Origin: Octopus sinensis
Lineage: Eukaryota
DNA: 21,533 bases
Direction: 5' to 3'
Assembly: GCF_006345805.1 (NCBI RefSeq)
Contig: NW_021823718.1
Coordinates: 1 to 21,533 of the forward strand
Under the pieces are notes generated by a model. It saw nothing but the letters and a program-made list of their open reading frames with translations, was not told the DNA's origin and did no database searches. Positions 10,829 to 20,302 of this stretch are shown here, piece by piece. Every line of letters begins with the position of its first letter. Position 1 is the stretch's first letter. The position numbers were made by a program, and so were the translations under genes.

Positions 10829-11215
10829 ACTTTGTACTTGTACTTGTAGCGACATTCACCCTGGGCGGGTTGGGTCGACTTCTTCTACTCATGGAAGAAG
10901 TTTCGTGGGAATATGTGGATTTCACAAGCGGTCCCCAACAATCCCGCATGTAGAGACATCCTGTTTGCCGCAGTATGTCCACAGACACAGGGACAGAACG
11001 ACTGAGGAGCCGCCGGTTGCCGAAACAGATACTCCGAGGATTTTCACCAGAGCCCCGTCTGCCGGGATGTGGCCCTAATACCACTCGGTGTCAGACCAAT
11101 CCGCCTTGGGTGGCCCTACCAGGAACCGAAGTTCCCGACGGCATAGCTCTGACACTACCCGTTGCCAGCGTCCCCACCACGGTGAGGAGGGGACGGATTT
11201 TGGGGACGCAAAATG
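10829..11215 (-). mobile_element. Non-autonomous RTE-clade (BovB/Expander-like) retroposon, ~385 bp
   Basis: 14-bp TSD TATGTATGTATTAT (10815-10828, 11216-11229); GC-rich against an AT-rich background; 3' tail (ACAAGT)n; 5' leader GAGCTATGCCGT...GTAGGGCCACCCAAGGCGGA resembles the BovB 5' UTR as I recall it; no RT ORF. Confidence 0.8.
11053..11209 (-). ncRNA. Candidate HDV-like ribozyme (nested double pseudoknot) in the retroposon 5' leader
   Basis: Hand-folded: P1 GCGUCCCC/GGGGACGC, L3 UCACCGU, P1.1 CA/UG, J4/2 GG-CAGA-C, P2 CCCC/GGGG, large P4 with a cUUCGg hairpin. P2 and P3 are weak. Confidence 0.45.
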
Positions 11216-11817
11216 TATGTATGTATTATGGCTTGCTGTCAATAAATAAATACTATTGAGCCCAATGCATTGATTTACCCGGAATCTCACCGATCTAGGG
11301 CCCAATTCTAATCTATGTATGCTGTGACTTGATGTCAATAAATAAATAATACAGAGCCGAATGCATTGGTTTGCTCCAGAGGCTGGTGATGTTGCTATGA
11401 CGGCTCTGCAAGTTATCTTTTCAGCTCCCTGATCGGTGCTGAAGACGGGATAAAGCAACCTCTATTTAGGCGGTGTCCACTTGCTAGAAATAAGAGTCAG
11501 AACTCCATTGAATGAATTCAGCAAAAATAATATCAGACAGAGAGGAAAAAAAAAGTAACAGCTAAAAACAAATCGTAATTTTGGTTGGGGCAAAATAAAA
11601 ATAAAGTCGCAAAAAAAAATTGCTACATTCCATTTAAATACCATAAATGATAAACTAATTAAACAAACAATATTTGAAGTGACTTAACTGACAACATATG
11701 TTTTGTACACAATGACAATATAATTTATATACCAGCTTTGCGCGTATGTGGAAAAAAAAATTACGGCGCGTACAATATCTTAAATAAAACAATGTTAGAA
11801 AGTATTTAGGATATTTA

Positions 11818-12176
11818 AATGTGTGTGTATGTGTATTGTAACTTATATTCGTGTGACTTTCAATGTGTCAGTGTAGACACACATACAAATGTATGTGTGC
11901 GTGTATGTATGTGTGCATGTATGTGTGCATGTATGTATGTGTGTATATGTATTATGTATGTGTGTGTATGTATGAATGTATGTAGTGTGTATGTGTGTGT
12001 ATGTATATTATAATCGAGTGCTATAGTTGTGAGTATATATAAAAAATATTGTAACCATTATCTGATAAGGAATCTAATACGATGGGTAGAGTGGATACAC
12101 ACACATACACACGCACACATACACATGCACACATACACACAAAACACGCAAACATATATATACACATACTCATACA
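11818..12176. repeat. Degenerate (TG/TGTA)n then (CA)n tracts
   Basis: Direct reading. Confidence 0.85.
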
Positions 12177-13095
12177 CAGGGTGTCCATAAAGTCTCTTTA
12201 CAATTTAAAAAAATTATTACAAATGCAGTTGATGAGATATTTTAACCAGATTTGTTTTATTTCAATAATTGTTTATTAAAGCTTTTATTGATATTAATGT
12301 TTTGTCTTTCAGGTACTCTGTTGATGGAAGAGAACTGTGTCACTGAACCCCTTTAAAAAGGCTACTCCTCATGAAAAGGCACAATGTGTATCCTGGTTTA
12401 TTGAGTCAAAATCGGATGTTCAGACTCAACGAAACTACAGAACTAAGTATAGAAGAGATCCACCATCGCGTCCTTCAATTCGTGCATGTGTGGTGTGGAA
12501 CCATGTGCAATCGAATAATTGGTCCATTTTCCTTCTACAAGTCAACAGTTACGGCAGATGTTTACCTCGACCTTCTGACCGAATATGTGGCACCACAACC
12601 GATTGATTTAAAACCAACCATCATTTTCCAGTAAGATGGTACACCACCACATTGTGGACGGCATGTTCGTCAGTTCCTTTATCAAACATTTCCAGACCGA
12701 GGGATTGAAATTCCTTGGCCATCGCGTTTCCAGACCGATGGATTGAAATTCTTTGGCCATCGCGTTTGCCAGATATCACTCCCTTGGACTTCTTTTTATG
12801 GGGTTATGTAAAAGATATCGTGTATCAAACAAAGATACGGGACATTGCTGACTTGAAGCAAAGCATTCGTAATGCCATTGCCACCATTGATGAGGCTATC
12901 CTACAGCGAACATGGCAAGAACTCGAGTACCGTCTTGATGTGCTTCGTGCAACTAATGGTTCCCATATTGAGGTCTATTTAATAATAGTTAAAAAAAAAT
13001 TTACTAAACAATTATTACAATAAAACAAATCTGGTTAAGATATCTTGCCAACTGCCTTTGCAATAAAATTGTAAAGAGACTTTATGGACACCATG
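12177..13095 (+). mobile_element. Tc1/mariner-superfamily DNA transposon, internally deleted
   Basis: TIRs CAGGGTGTCCATAAAGTCTCTTTACAATTT / AAATTGTAAAGAGACTTTATGGACACCATG, imperfect match extending ~100 bp; TA at 13096-97. Confidence 0.93.
12358..12981 (+). pseudogene. Transposase pseudogene (rosa/Visitor DD41D-like motifs)
   Basis: N-terminal ATPHEKAQCVSWFIESKSDVQTQRNYRTKYRRDPPSRPSIRA joined directly to VWCG..IIGPF..TVT...YLDLL, FQ*DGTPPH and WPSRLPDITPLDFFLWGYVKDIVY...LEYRLDVLRATNGSHIE. Stop, frameshifts, large deletion and a 38-bp duplication (12689-12764). Confidence 0.9.
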
Positions 13096-13296
13096 TATAG
13101 TAATATCAAGAGCGGATATCTACTCTCGGTAGTGAACAGCCCATCCAAGGACAAAACTCAGAGTAAACCTTTGATAATAATAATTAGAATAAATATATGT
13201 GTACATGTATACATAAGAAGGGCTACCCAAAAGAAACCGGAATTTTACAATATTATTTTATTTACTTAGTTTTACATACTCTTTGCTCCTACTCCA

Positions 13297-13523
13297 TACT
13301 CTTTTACTTGTTTCAGTCATTTGACTGCGGCCATGCTGGAGCATCGCCTTTTTTAGTCGAGCGAATCGACTCCAGGACTTATTCTTTCTAAGCCTTAGTA
13401 CTTATTCTATCAGTATCTTTTGCCGAACCGCTAAGTTACGGGGACGTAAACACACCAGCATCGATTGTCAAACGATGTTGGGGGACAAACACAGATACAC
13501 AAACATACACACACATACACACA

Positions 13524-13594
<71 letters not shown>

Positions 13595-13619
13595 CATGTA
13601 TATGATGGGCTTCCTTCAG
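13297..13619 (-). mobile_element. SINE family A copy 3 (5'-truncated)
   Basis: Tail, 3' body and internal (CA)n present; breaks off at GGGCTTCCTTCAG before the head. Confidence 0.88.
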
Positions 13620-13829
13620 CCATCACAAAAATCGACGAAGCACTGCAAAACAACGACGCACCACGTAGGAGTACGACTTCACTCGACAACGCAGGTTGGC
13701 AGACTGATGCCTGAGGGTCACATCAAGTGGTTTCTGGCGGTGGAAGCCTCAACTACAACGGGCTTGACCAACAGAGAACATTTCCGGTTAATTTTGGGTA
13801 CCACCTCGAATATACGTGCGTATATTATG

Positions 13830-14083
13830 TGTGTGTATTTTCGTGTGTATGTGTGTGTGTGTGTGTGTTTTCGTGTCTGTGTTTGTACCACATAACCGCT
13901 TGACAACCGGTGTTGGTGTGTTTACGTCCCCGTAACTTAGCGGATCGGCAAAAAAAGACGATAGAATAAGTGCTAAGCTTATGTAATAAGTCCTGGGGTC
14001 GATCTGTTCGACTAAAACCCTTTAAGGCGGTGCTGCAGCATGGCCGCAGTGAAATGATTGAAACAAGTAAAAAATAATAATAG
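13830..14083 (+). mobile_element. SINE family A copy 4 (3' half only)
   Basis: (TG)n, then CCGCTTGACAACCGGTGTTGGTGTGTTTACGTCCCCGTAAC...GAAACAAGTAAAAA. Left boundary approximate. Confidence 0.88.
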
Positions 14084-14179
14084 AATACACAGATATATGT
14101 GTAAATCTGGGTGTGTATATGAACAGCCACGAATATGAATACGATCGTAGGAGATTATAGAAAATGCAAAGTTTCTTTG

Positions 14180-15119
14180 AATATTATCCAAACAGCGAGT
14201 CACCATCAACTTTCTGTTCAATCATGCGGTCCAAGAAATTCCGAGTGGGATCTCTATATCGATGGATTTGATGTCGTTGTAGTTTCAACAACACCATATA
14301 TATATGATGCTTACCAAAGCATCATATACTCTCTGCAGTTGTTCAATATAAATGTTAGCGTTCACAGCATGACCATATGGGACAAGCTCAAAATGCAACA
14401 GTCCTTGCCTCGAATTTCTGTTCAAACCGCCCTATATTGAGAACAGGTTCTGAAGCCTGGCCGGAAGGAAACCACTGATTTCTCTTAATAAGATTACGAA
14501 AATAAATCCATTTTCCTCTCCAATTACGATTCGACGCCAAAAACGGACATCGCAAGGATTTTCCAACAGTTGTGTACAAATATTTATACGTTGTTGAGTT
14601 TCGTCGCTGAAAAGTTCATGAGGAACTTCTTGACAGCGTTTGTTGGGTGTCAACTGGTGGTACTTTGTGAAGAATCAAATTCTATCAACAATGTACGAGT
14701 GTCAGTGCTTGGCAGTTGTCCAACCACTTCAGGCAAAGCCTCATCTTTCACAACAGGTTTTCCTGACCTTGGTTTTGCCTTAAAGCTGTTGTCACCTTCC
14801 TTGAAACTTTCGAACGCTTTGAGCCACACGTTCCTTGACACTTCCTGGGCCTTCGACATCAGTAATTTCTTTGATCGTTGGCCTTGCACACAAGCCTTTT
14901 CCCCACAGGTAGCATAAAACGGCTCTAATTGCAATTTTTTTTCGCTACTAATTATCAAAACTGTGAAATTAAAATTAACAACTAACGTTCATGTGTTATA
15001 TATGAAATTTAGAATGAGCAGCAACTAGAAGGAAGCTATATCAAATTAATGATATATGTAGAGATACGAGTTGTTAAGAATCATCAATGTAAGTTCAAAA
15101 AGACTTTTGTTCACCCCTG
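14180..15119 (-). mobile_element. Decayed mariner (Mos1/Hsmar-like) element with fragmented transposase
   Basis: Minus-strand fragments FKEGDNSFKAKPRSGKP, KRCQEVPHEL, RFWRRIVIG/KWIYFRN, FELVPYGHAVNANIYIEQLQRVYDAL; TIR-like CAGGGGTGAACAAAAGTC at 15119 downward. The other TIR was not found, so the left boundary is approximate. Confidence 0.85.
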
Positions 15120-15745
15120 TGTGTGTGTGTGTGTGTACATAAATTCAAATTTTGTATTTGAAGCAGTTTAATAGTGTAAATATTATGAATATCACACACC
15201 TAATGTATATCTGTTTGTAAATGCTACAAAACTTCAGTATGTGAAGTAAAGAAACCCCTTTAAAGACGAACAGAGTTAAAAACACAGCATACATCAGAGT
15301 AGACGAAACGAAATCTCCTGAGAAATAAGGTATGTATGTTTACAAATAGTGTAAAATCTCTTTGCTACAGACTGGTCATAGCGAGTTGTTTAGCAGATGG
15401 AGAAGGATGTGGCGCTAATGAGTGGAAATAACCACGAAACATCGATATCTCTTGCTCTTGTTCATTTCTGGGGCGATTTCGTTTCGCCTGCTTTGAAGTA
15501 TGCAGTAATTTTCTCTTAACACGATTCGTCTCCCTTAGACTAAAGCACCGCAGCTTTGTAGCGTTTACTAACACACATACATTATGTAATGTAATATTTA
15601 CCTACATGCATATACACTCACAGACATATTCACACGCACACAAACCCCTCCCTCTGTCTCTCTCTCTCTCACACACACACACCGTCATATATGTATATAC
15701 AATATGTATCTTTAGAGTTTGACTCTACCAAGTTATTCTTATACA

Positions 15746-16123
15746 GGCGTAGGAGTGGCTGTGTGGTAAGTAGCTTGCTTACCAACCACATGGTTCCGGG
15801 TTCAGTCACACTGCGTGGCACCTTGGGCAAGTGTCTTCTACTATAGCCTCGAGCCGACCAAAGCCTTGTGAGTGGATTTGGTAGACAGAAACTGAAAGAA
15901 GCCCGTCGTATATATGCATATATATGTATGTGTGTGTACATGTTTGTCCCCCCCCCCAACATCGCTTGACAACCGATGCTGGTGTGTTTACGTTCCCGTA
16001 ACTTAGCGGTTCGGCAAAAGAGACCGATAGAATATGTACTACGTTTACAAAGAATAAGTCCTGTGGTCGGCTAAAGGCGGTGCTCCAGCATGGCCACAGT
16101 CAAATGACTGAAACAAGTAAAAG
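15746..16123 (+). mobile_element. SINE family A copy 5 (near full length)
   Basis: GGCGTAGGAGTGGCTGTGTGGTAAG head, GGTTCAGTC B-box, GGCACCTTGGGCAAGTGTC, tail GAAACAAGTAAAAG. Confidence 0.92.
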
Positions 16124-16137
16124 TATATTTATCGATT

Positions 16138-16332
16138 TGAGGTTCCACTTTGGAAGATAGGTTCGCAAGGTGCAGTCAGTCGCTCCATGGAATGATCGAA
16201 CATGGATCCTCATGGCTGCGAAGCAAACTCCTTCGCGTGTCATTCTTCACCCTAATTTTCCTTGGTTTCTTTCTTCTTGTTTTTCCTTTCTTATTTTAAA
16301 TTTAATCTCTGTTGTTGTTCTTTACGGCATTG
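16138..16332 (+). repeat. 195-bp direct repeat, copy 1
   Basis: TGAGGTTCCACTTTGGAAG...TTTACGGCATTG; near-identical to 16752-16946. Confidence 0.95.
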
Positions 16333-16751
16333 GGATCTTTTCGGTTTGAACGGCAGTTTTATCTAGCATTTTCATATGAAATTGTCACCCATAATTTTGA
16401 CCCTAGTATCGATCTATTGCATTTCAATCTGTTTTAGAGTTAGAGTTCGGGGTGGAGGGAAGGGTATCTTTTTTTCTTCACAAACGTAAATAAACCCAAT
16501 CTGTTTCTTAAACGAGGGACATATTCATACGGCACAGAATGTTTTCACCTCAATAGACGTCATTGATTGGTTGAAATTGCAGAAATTGAAGAAAAAACCC
16601 CAACAAATATCTTACAAACTATAGAATTTATTCAATAAAGCCAAAAGAAAAAGATGTTTTCGAAACACATTCTACCAGTATACGAAGTTTAAAAGTGTTT
16701 AAGTTACGTGAAAATTATTTTTAAAAACTGCCGGTCAAACCGAAAAGATCC
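16333..16751. mobile_element. MITE copy 3 (no 8-bp TSD)
   Basis: Intact GGATCTTTTCGGTTTGAACGGCAG / CTGCCGGTCAAACCGAAAAGATCC TIRs; the flanking 8-mers CGGCATTG and TGAGGCTC differ. Confidence 0.92.
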
Positions 16752-16946
16752 TGAGGCTCCACTTTCGAAGATAGGTTCGCAAGGTGCAGTCAGTCATTCC
16801 ATGGAATGATCGAACATGGATCCCCATGGTTGCGAAGCAAACTCCTTCGCGTGTCATTCTTCACCCTAATTTTCCTTGGTTTCTTTTTTTTTTTTTTCCT
16901 TTCTTATTTTAAATTTAATCTCTGTTGTTGTTCTTTATGGGCATTG
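16752..16946 (+). repeat. 195-bp direct repeat, copy 2
   Basis: TGAGGCTCCACTTTCGAAG...TTTATGGGCATTG. Confidence 0.95.
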
Positions 16947-17189
16947 TTATTGTTGACGTCGTCGGAGGCGGCGCTGTCATCGTTGTCATCGTTGTCATCG
17001 TCGTTGTCGACCGTTTATCTCTTCGCTGCAAAACCATAAATCCTACGTTCTTCCCATCCAATAAATTTTATCATCTTTTCACCCAAACATATCAAAAGGA
17101 AAGCGAACGAATACAACAACCAGACAAAACTATAACAACTTTCAACAGTTTTATTTCTTTAAACTACACCCCGCCGACTTTATCTTGAT

Positions 17190-17203
17190 TAGACACACAC
17201 ACA

Positions 17204-17247
<44 letters not shown>

Positions 17248-17694
17248 TTCACACACATACTTCGATGATTACTTACACACACTCCGCGCACGTGTATATA
17301 TGTGCATGGTTGTAAGTGTATGTTTGTCTGAATTCACATAGAGAAAAGCTCCCCCCCTCTCTCTCTCTCTCTCTCTCTCGTTCTCTTTCTCACAGACACA
17401 TAAACCAAACACAAACTCTCTCTCTCTCTCTAACATACACACAAACACACTTACACACAAGCGTATGCACAGTCGTGTGGGGGGAATATGCTACGCACAC
17501 ACCTACGCACGCACATTCGGACATACACGTGCGTTCTGACACACATGCGCGGGCACACAGCATACGCATACATATACCCACTTAACACGTATTCAGTTAT
17601 ATACACAAACGCGAGCGCACAAACACACTTACATACACAATTGGCGCGCGCACACATATTTCCACACGCTTACCAACACACCTCACACACACAC

Positions 17695-17752
<58 letters not shown>

Positions 17753-18205
17753 ATATACATTCAGACATAGATATACATGTATATCTATCTACACTGATAT
17801 ACATACAACATAATTACATGTATTCACACACATACGTACACATGCGCGTACACATGGGCACGCGCATAAGCACACGCGCGCGCATACACATTCAACACAC
17901 ATTTCCAAACACACTCACTGATGACGAGCAACAAACAAGCGCGAGGAGACACATTTTTCATAGTCACAAGTACATGCACACACGTACACATACATATACA
18001 TATGCATACACACACACACACACACACACACATACGTATGCATACACCGACACACACTCACATGCATAAATACAAGCCAATGCAAGTACATATACATACG
18101 CTCGCAAGCTTTAGACACACATCCGCACGAGCACACACATGGACACACGCACTTGCATACCAAAACACACATACACGCGCACACACACATTCATATTTAG
18201 ACACT

Positions 18206-18247
<42 letters not shown>

Positions 18248-18383
18248 GGCGTATGCATAAATACAAGCCAACGCAAGTACATACATATGCATACGCTCAC
18301 AAGCATCGACACACATCCGCACGAGCACAGGGCATGGACACACGCACACACGCATACCAAAACACACAGTCACACTCACATAC

Positions 18384-18468
<85 letters not shown>

Positions 18469-18490
18469 TGCACACGTATACACATACAAA
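17190..18490. repeat. Long cryptic CA-rich region with (CA)n, (CT)n, (TA)n and a ~191-bp tandem duplication
   Basis: ATGCATAAATACAAGCCA at 18062 and 18253; all HT/CV ORFs here are artefacts. Confidence 0.9.
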
Positions 18491-19019
18491 CAATAAACCC
18501 GACAGCCAGACAGATAAACAGACAGACTTTACAGACGCAAAACGTTATTCCTTTCAAAGAACTGCACGTGCCCTAACTTCCTTTTAGAAAAAAAGGTAAC
18601 AAAAACCCAAAAAAACACTTTCATTTTATAGCTTATACACTCTTCCTCTTCCTCTTCCTACTCCCGATTTTCTCTGTATTTCTTTTTCTTTCTCCTCGTC
18701 TCTCTCTCTCTCTCTTTTTTTTTTTTTTTCACTAACTTTTCTTTCTTCCAAACCGCTTTTTTTATTTTTTAACTCTTATTCCTCCGAAGGTGAACCTTTT
18801 TTTTTTTACGTTATTCCACCCAACCACCCACGTGACACACCTTTCTTTTAAGATGTTCTTTTACGAATCTATCTATTTATTTATTTATTTATTTATTTCC
18901 ACCAATTATAAATTATATTGCACAGTTGTTGTTCTTGTTCTTGTTGCTGTCCCATTGATATCGGCCAAAATACTCTTTGTTTTGTGATGTTTTTTTGCTG
19001 TCTTTAGATCTTTGTTGTT

Positions 19020-19318
19020 ATTGTTTTTGCTTTTGTTGTTGTTGTTGTTGTTGTTGTTGTTTTGCAGGGGTGTTGCAGGGTGGAAGTTTATTTTTACGAG
19101 AAGCGTATTTTATTTATTATTTTTTTTTTGTTTTGTTTTTTGTGTGTTTTTTTGGTTTTGACTTTGCTTTATTATAATTTCTTTGATATTCATTCTTTGT
19201 TCCTTCTTGATTTTTCTTGCCTTTTTGCACTTATTATGTCTGTGTGTGCTCTATGTGCGTGCGGACGTGCCTCTGTGTGTGTGTGTGTGTGTGTGTGCGT
19301 GCGTGCGTGTGTGTGTGT

Positions 19319-19369
<51 letters not shown>

Positions 19370-19510
19370 CGTGCGTGTGTGTATGTGTGTCCGAGAGTGA
19401 GGTTTGTTGTGGTGCGTGTGCATATGAGTGGCCTGGAATGTGATTGCACGTGTATTTGAACATGCGTGTGTGAGAGTGTACGTGTGTGTATGAGAGAGAG
19501 AGAGAGAGTG
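19020..19510. repeat. (TTG)n, T-rich, (TG)n and (GA)n tracts
   Basis: Direct reading. Confidence 0.9.
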
Positions 19511-19901
19511 GAAGTGAGATTGAGCGAGTGTATATTTTATCCCTGTTTAAACTCCTTTCATTTCCACCCGATCTTTAACTGAACCTACCCGCTTCAACTC
19601 GTACTTCAGGATGACACACCAAGTGTCAACCGGTCAAACGAAAATTGATAATTTTTGTTCATCTTGTTTGTTTACTTATTTCTGTATTCATTGTTTTATA
19701 TTTTTATAAGAAATAACTTTTCAGGGAAGATAGTCAAAACTACTACGACCAATGTCTAACCCAGTGGTTCTCAGCCAGGATCCATGTGATCCCTGCAGAT
19801 CCATATAAGATTTTGAGGTTCATACTAGCAAAATAGTAAATTGGAGATCCACAATAAGGCTTTTGAGGATCTATGAAAAGTCTCGATTCTTAAAGTTTCC
19901 A

Positions 19902-20302
19902 GGCACAGGAGCGGCTGTGTGGTAAGTAGCTTGCTTACCAACCACATGGATCCAGGTTCAGTCCCACTGCGTGGCACCTGGGCAAGTGTCTTCTACTAGA
20001 GCCTCGTGCCGACCAAAGCCTTGTGAGTAGATTTGGTAGACGGAAACTGAAAGAAGCCCGTCGTATATATGTATATGTATATATACATATGTATTTGTAT
20101 TTCTGTGTTTGTCTCCCCGACATCGCTTGACAACCGATGCTGGTGTGTTTACGCCCCCGTAACCTAGCGGTTCGGCAAAAGAGACCGATAGAATAAGTAC
20201 TAGGCTTACAAAGGATAAGTCCCGGGGTCGGTTTGCTCGACTAAAGGCGGTGCTCCAGCATGGCCGCAGTCAAATGACTGAAACAAGTAAAAGAATAAAA
20301 GA
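19902..20302 (+). mobile_element. SINE family A copy 6, nested in the hAT-like element
   Basis: Full head to (TAAAAGAA)n tail; possible TSD ATTCTTAAA (19886-94, 20303-11) offset by 7 nt. Confidence 0.92.

Larger units (their letters stand above)
10798..11380. repeat. Two diverged ~100-bp tandem units, the first split by the RTE insertion
   Basis: Removing element plus one TSD gives GGGATCAATTTCGGATCTATGTATG...GTCAATAAATAAATA...GAGCCCAATGCATTG followed by GGGCCCAATTCTAATCTATGTATG...GTCAATAAATAAATA...GAGCCGAATGCATTG (11298-11380). Confidence 0.75.

Noticed and set aside
10767-11458. Overlapping 94-127-aa GC-rich ORFs
   Set aside because: Explained by the GC-rich RTE-derived insertion; ORFs cross its TSD boundaries.
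13208-13250. Mariner-TIR-like GAAGGGCTACCCAAAAGAAACCGGAATT (similar hint at ~8020-8050)
   Set aside because: No partner TIR, TSD or transposase; too short to support.
15303-15519. Peptide KSLCYRLVIASCLADGE resembling the EPSP synthase (AroA) N-terminus; also splice-like sites
   Set aside because: In-frame TAA after NEWK, no PGSKS motif, extension needs a frameshift, implied intron only ~41 nt; likely chance.
15746-15815. tRNA gene
   Set aside because: A/B boxes belong to the SINE-A head; no cloverleaf closure and it continues into the SINE body.
98-20123. Dozens of track ORFs rich in HT, YI, CV or TH repeats
   Set aside because: Translations of (CA)n/(TA)n/(TG)n microsatellites or SINE bodies; no domain signal.
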